A stretch of 64,000 nucleotides of DNA from the NCBI GenBank assembly GCA_965248925.1, contig CBDFLE010000006.1:2560001-2624000 (forward strand), in the 5' to 3' direction. Source of the stretch: Candidatus Multivoradales bacterium (GTDB lineage: Bacteria; Acidobacteriota; Thermoanaerobaculia; Multivoradales; J023). The notes beneath the pieces were generated by a model. That model worked only from the letters and a program-made list of their open reading frames with translations. It was not told the DNA's origin and ran no database searches. Position numbers and translations under genes: made by a program. Of the stretch, positions 60,033 to 64,000 are shown one piece after another (the first letter of the stretch is position 1; every line of letters begins with the position of its first letter).

Positions 60033-61043
60033 TCAAAACTTCGAAGCGGCCCGCTCGCGGGCGGGCAAGATCTCGAGGCAAGTGGTCCACCAACCGGACT
60101 GAATGGTGGCGACAAACTCCTCGGGTAGTTGCTCGCGGCGCATTTCCTCTACCAATGCCTGGTGATCGTAAGCCAGCGGCAGCAATTCGACATCGAGACT
60201 GCCGTCCTCGCCGGCACCGATCATTGAGTACCAAACCGACATCTTGCCATCGTTGGCCGGCCGACCGATCACCCCGACGTTGACCGCGTCGCGCCCCGAC
60301 GGTAGCCGCCGATGCCACTGTAGACCACTGTGAGTACAGAGCAAACCATCGGCGTCTTGCTGGTCGAGGAGCACCTCGAGAAATGCCTCGGGAGATGACG
60401 ACTCGAAGAGAAACTCGTTGATTCGCCGCGGTGAGCCGTGAATCAGCAGCAGCTCGCGCTGTCCGATTCGCAACCGACGACGCAGCGGAAGGTCGCCCAT
60501 CCAGTCGCGGAAAGCCGCCGAGCAATGCTCCGCGGTGTAACGGTAGGACAGCGCCGCGAAGTGGTTGTCGCGCGGATCGGCGTAGCCACAATTGCAATCC
60601 TCGCGCTGGGATGACAGCGATTCCTCGTAGTTACCCTGGATGGAGAGCACGCCCCCTTGTTCTAGTAGCGGCCAGACTAGCTCTGGGCTGGGTCCAAAAC
60701 CTCCGAGATCACCGAGACAGTAGACCGCCTCGGCGCCGCGCTGGCGAGCGTCGGCGAGTAAAGCTTCGAGGGCGAAACGATTGTTGTAGATACCACCGAA
60801 AACCGCCACCCGGCGGTAGGGGCCCTCGACCGGCGTGGGATCGACTCTGGGTGCTAGGTATTCGCCGACGGCAGCCTGCCGCGCAGCTTCGTCCAACAAC
60901 CTGCCGGTAGAGGCGGCGGCGCGGCGAAATTCGCCCAGCGGCACCAACCGCTGACCCCATGTCGCCAGTCCCCGGTGGGCGGTGAGTTTGGCGCTCAGGC
61001 GCTCTTTCCTACGCTGCTGGTCTTCGACAATCCGCTGGCTCAT
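60033..61043 (-). CDS. Calcineurin-like metallophosphoesterase with Cys motifs
   Basis: CLGDLGG, GNYE, HGSP, THSG, NVGVIG; DCNCGY; WWTTCLEILP. Confidence 0.8.
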   Translation of the reverse strand: MSQRIVEDQQRRKERLSAKLTAHRGLATWGQRLVPLGEFRRAAASTGRLLDEAARQAAVGEYLAPRVDPTPVEGPYRRVAVFGGIYNNRFALEALLADARQRGAEAVYCLGDLGGFGPSPELVWPLLEQGGVLSIQGNYEESLSSQREDCNCGYADPRDNHFAALSYRYTAEHCSAAFRDWMGDLPLRRRLRIGQRELLLIHGSPRRINEFLFESSSPEAFLEVLLDQQDADGLLCTHSGLQWHRRLPSGRDAVNVGVIGRPANDGKMSVWYSMIGAGEDGSLDVELLPLAYDHQALVEEMRREQLPEEFVATIQSGWWTTCLEILPARERAASKF

Positions 61044-61096
61044 CTAGAAGCTGCCTCTCAGGTTCGTCGCTGCCATGGGTGGGTTCCTGAGCGGCC

Positions 61097-61984
61097 TCAT
61101 GTGCGACAGCTGACACCGTGCACATGGCAGGTCCAGCAGGCCGGGTGGCCGAGCGGGAAACTATCCAAGGTGTCGGCCAGACGCTCTCCCATGCGGCCTT
61201 CGGCTTCGTTGACCAGGATCGGGCAGACCCAGACTCCCTGGTCGGTGACCATGCGACAGGAACTGCACTGCAGATGATCCCAACCGTCCTCGGGAGTGTC
61301 GTTCGAAGTCAGCCGTTGCCAACTCTCATAGGCTTGGCTCCGCTCGGCCTCGGCACCGATCTGGAAAACCGGCAAGATCTTCAGCCGCGGCCGTTCGACG
61401 CCTTTCTGGCGCAGTAAGTCGAGAAAGAGGGTACGGCCCGGCGCCGAAGCATTCTCTTCGTAGACTTCGGTAATCGTCACCACCGGGTTGAGCCCCGCCC
61501 GCAGCAGACGCTGCAAGCCGCCCAGGGCGCGCTCGAAAGTCCCTGGGCCACGAATGGCGTCGTTGGCTGCGGCGTCATAGCCATCGAGTGAGATGCGCAT
61601 GTCGAGGGAATAATTGGAAGTAGCGGCCAACCCGGCCAAGCGCGCGCAACGGGGCGCATCGAGCAGCAAACCGTTGGTCAACACGGTCGCTGGACCCTGT
61701 TGCAGGGTGGCTTCTAAAATAGCTTCCATGTCGGGATTGAGAAACGGCTCGCCGCCGGTGAAGTAGTACTCCTTAACACCGACCCGCAGGGCCTCACGCA
61801 AATAGCCTGCGACTTGATCGAGGCTCATATGCTCGTGGGTGTGATTGGTCGGCGAGCAAGAGATGAAGCAGTGGCCACAAGCCAGATTGCAGATAGTTCC
61901 GGCGACCTGGAACCACAGGGTGTCGAGCGAGCGTAGCTCTACGCGCGGTGTCTCGCTGGTGGGGGGCAGATGTAAATCACTCAA
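61097..61984 (-). CDS. Radical SAM protein with Cys-rich C-terminus
   Basis: CNLACGHC, FTGGEPF, TNG; LQCSSCRM..VCP..CWTC..SC. Confidence 0.9.
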   Translation of the reverse strand: MSDLHLPPTSETPRVELRSLDTLWFQVAGTICNLACGHCFISCSPTNHTHEHMSLDQVAGYLREALRVGVKEYYFTGGEPFLNPDMEAILEATLQQGPATVLTNGLLLDAPRCARLAGLAATSNYSLDMRISLDGYDAAANDAIRGPGTFERALGGLQRLLRAGLNPVVTITEVYEENASAPGRTLFLDLLRQKGVERPRLKILPVFQIGAEAERSQAYESWQRLTSNDTPEDGWDHLQCSSCRMVTDQGVWVCPILVNEAEGRMGERLADTLDSFPLGHPACWTCHVHGVSCRT

Positions 61985-62150
61985 TTCGGATCAGCTCCTG
62001 AGCAGCGAGGTTGGCCGCGAGCCGTGCATCCGGCAGGCGGCGCGAAGCCGAAGGGAGCCAGTCACGGCATCCCACAGAGCCTCCCTTGAGTCTCCGCGCG
62101 GTAACTACCGCTTGGATGGCTCGCGGGCAGCCAACAAGTATCTTCCCACA

Positions 62151-62918
62151 TCACTCGGCTCGCCCCGGGTCGATCGAGAACACCATCTGAACCGCACCGA
62201 AGCTGATTTCGTCACCCGACTGAATCGGCTGAGGTTGGTCCGGGTCGAGGCGGCGCCCGTTGACGAACGTGCCGTTGGTGGCCCGCTCTCCAACAATCGA
62301 GAACTGACCCTCTTGGCTCAGAATTCGCGCATGGCGGCGACTGGTGGATACCTGCGGATCGATAGCGGTGAGATCGATGTCCGGTAGCAGGCCCTGGGTC
62401 GGGTCGAGGCGGCCAACCAGGGCGGTCGGTCTATCCGGCAAGATAAAAACGGCACCGCTATCTCCCCGGTGGGTGAGCTGGCCGTAACCTGGCCGGTTCA
62501 GCTTCTCCTCGGGCTGTGTCTGGCAGTAGGAAGCGAGCAGCCTCTCTTCAGCTTGCGACAATCTGCCGGCAAGCTTGCGGATCATTCGAATCGCGATTTC
62601 CGGATTGCGCCGCAGCATGTGTTGGAACAATCGGCGGTCGATCTTCACTAGCCGAACGGCGCTCAAGGTGCGAATCGAGTAGTTGCGAGAGGCTTCGTCG
62701 AACAACGACATCTCGCCGAAGAAATCGCCCTTCTCCAGCACCGCCGAGCGCGCGAGTTGGTCGCCGATACCCTGCAACAACTCGACTTGACCCTCTTGAA
62801 TCAAGTACATGCTGGCGCCTTTATCGCCTTGCTCGAAAATCGTCTCGCCAGCCGGGAGCGTCATCGTCGGATAGGTCACGGCGCCCGGATCGGGCTCTGC
62901 GGGCATTTGCTGGCTCAT
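62151..62918 (-). CDS. cNMP-binding plus FHA domain protein
   Basis: GDFFGEMSL..R; FHA motifs GR..SRRHA..TNGTFVNG. Confidence 0.88.
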   Translation of the reverse strand: MSQQMPAEPDPGAVTYPTMTLPAGETIFEQGDKGASMYLIQEGQVELLQGIGDQLARSAVLEKGDFFGEMSLFDEASRNYSIRTLSAVRLVKIDRRLFQHMLRRNPEIAIRMIRKLAGRLSQAEERLLASYCQTQPEEKLNRPGYGQLTHRGDSGAVFILPDRPTALVGRLDPTQGLLPDIDLTAIDPQVSTSRRHARILSQEGQFSIVGERATNGTFVNGRRLDPDQPQPIQSGDEISFGAVQMVFSIDPGRAE

Positions 62919-62982
62919 CGGGAGAGGCTCACTCGGAAGAGGAGTAATCTGCCGCGCTAGCCTAGCAGAATGGGAGTCCGGC

Positions 62983-63693
62983 TCAGTCCCTCTCTGCTGC
63001 GCCGCGGAGCGCGCCGGTCGGATCGTCAAGGAAAGTCTCTATCGCCTGCTGGACGTCGCTGCGGTTCATCAGGAAGGTGTGAATGCCGGGGACCTCCAGA
63101 GTGGGCACACCCTCGAGATGGGTTTCCTCGACCCGCACCACCGCATCGTTGGGCTGGCCCTCGAAGGGAAGCCAGGGGGAGCGCGGCCCTTGGGTGCCGG
63201 CGATGATCAGGGACGGTACCTGGGGCACCGGCAGCCGAGCATAGAATTCTTCATCGCCTATCTTCTGACCTGCGTCGCGGGTGGCGAGGCGAAACACCGG
63301 GTTGTCGCGCAGCATTCGAGCCATCACCGACGGCCGGTTGGGCGGCGCCAACATGATGAAACGGCGAAATCCAACCGGTAGCAGCGGACTGGCCAGGCGG
63401 GTAATGATATTGCCTAGCGAGTGGCCGACCACGGCGTATGATGCTTTGGCTTCGGACTCGCTCGCGAATTCGCCCGCCGCCAATTCGCGCCGCGTCTCCT
63501 CGCTATCCTGTTCGACAACTTCCCGTACATGGCTGACAAAGCTATTGGCAATGGTCTGTAGATCAGCCAGCGCCACCATGTAGTCGAAGCGGCTGGGGCG
63601 GTAACCGCTAGCCGCCAGACGACGCTGAAGAAGCAGCATCGAGGCCGAGGTTCGGCCCATTCCATGGATCAGGAAAACCCGCATCGGCTTCAC
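62983..63693 (-). CDS. Alpha/beta hydrolase (lipase-like)
   Basis: IHGMGR, GHSLG, LAPPN, NDAVV, HTFLM. Confidence 0.8.
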   Translation of the reverse strand: MKPMRVFLIHGMGRTSASMLLLQRRLAASGYRPSRFDYMVALADLQTIANSFVSHVREVVEQDSEETRRELAAGEFASESEAKASYAVVGHSLGNIITRLASPLLPVGFRRFIMLAPPNRPSVMARMLRDNPVFRLATRDAGQKIGDEEFYARLPVPQVPSLIIAGTQGPRSPWLPFEGQPNDAVVRVEETHLEGVPTLEVPGIHTFLMNRSDVQQAIETFLDDPTGALRGAAERD

Positions 63694-64000
63694 GGGGTAC
63701 CGGCGTCGGATCTCTCGGCAGCGGGCAACCAGCTCAGGGCATAGCTCTGGTCTTCCAAGGGCTGCGCTTGGCGAGTCAGCTCCATGGGCCTGAAGGTATC
63801 GACCATCACCGCCAGCTCATCGGTACCCTGCTTGCCGATCGACGCCTCATAGGTGCCCGGATGGGGACCGTGAGGCACGCCATTCGGGTGGACGGTGAAG
63901 GATCCTTCTTCGATCCCCTTGCGAGACATGAATTGACCCTTGACGTAGTACAGCACCTCGTCCGAGTCGACGTTGGAGTGGTTGTAAGGTGCTGGAATCG
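63690..64000 (-). CDS. hmgA: Homogentisate 1,2-dioxygenase, 3' part
   Basis: PYNHSNVDSDEVLYY, HPNGVPHGPHPG, ELAVMVDTFRP. Confidence 0.9.
   Translation of the reverse strand, partial: IPAPYNHSNVDSDEVLYYVKGQFMSRKGIEEGSFTVHPNGVPHGPHPGTYEASIGKQGTDELAVMVDTFRPMELTRQAQPLEDQSYALSWLPAAERSDAGTP

Overview
GC-rich bacterial window. Gene content and protein families suggest Acidobacteriota, probably Thermoanaerobaculia-like (inference). About 1-45.5 kb and 58.8-64 kb are mostly backbone: a LytS/LytTR plus LiaF-like envelope-stress unit, hrpB, a Ser/Thr kinase-ATPase-TPR fusion, metX, fadD-yggS-zinc-ribbon genes behind tRNA-Ile(CAT), rpsU-mutS2-dnaG-rpoD, an MFS transporter, a SMUG1-type glycosylase, a VapBC module, a type III PKS-methyltransferase-ACP-FAAL-monooxygenase cluster, acetoacetate-CoA ligase, tRNA-Asn, hemH, a radical SAM/phosphoesterase pair and partial hmgA. 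About 45.5-58.8 kb is an accessory, partly decayed island. It holds a frameshifted H-NS-like remnant, a complete IS21 without target duplication, and an orphan Rhs toxin/immunity array whose cassette borders carry GTAG-hairpin (REP-like) repeats. It also holds a secreted metzincin protease fused to a Cys-rich FrpC-type self-processing-like module (Ser-Pro instead of Asp-Pro), coupled to a tandem TIMP/NTR-like protein, with PDZ and carboxypeptidase-regulatory-domain genes upstream. That protease module and the REP-punctuated Rhs array are the best candidates for an undescribed system. All family calls come from motif recognition by eye; no searches were run.
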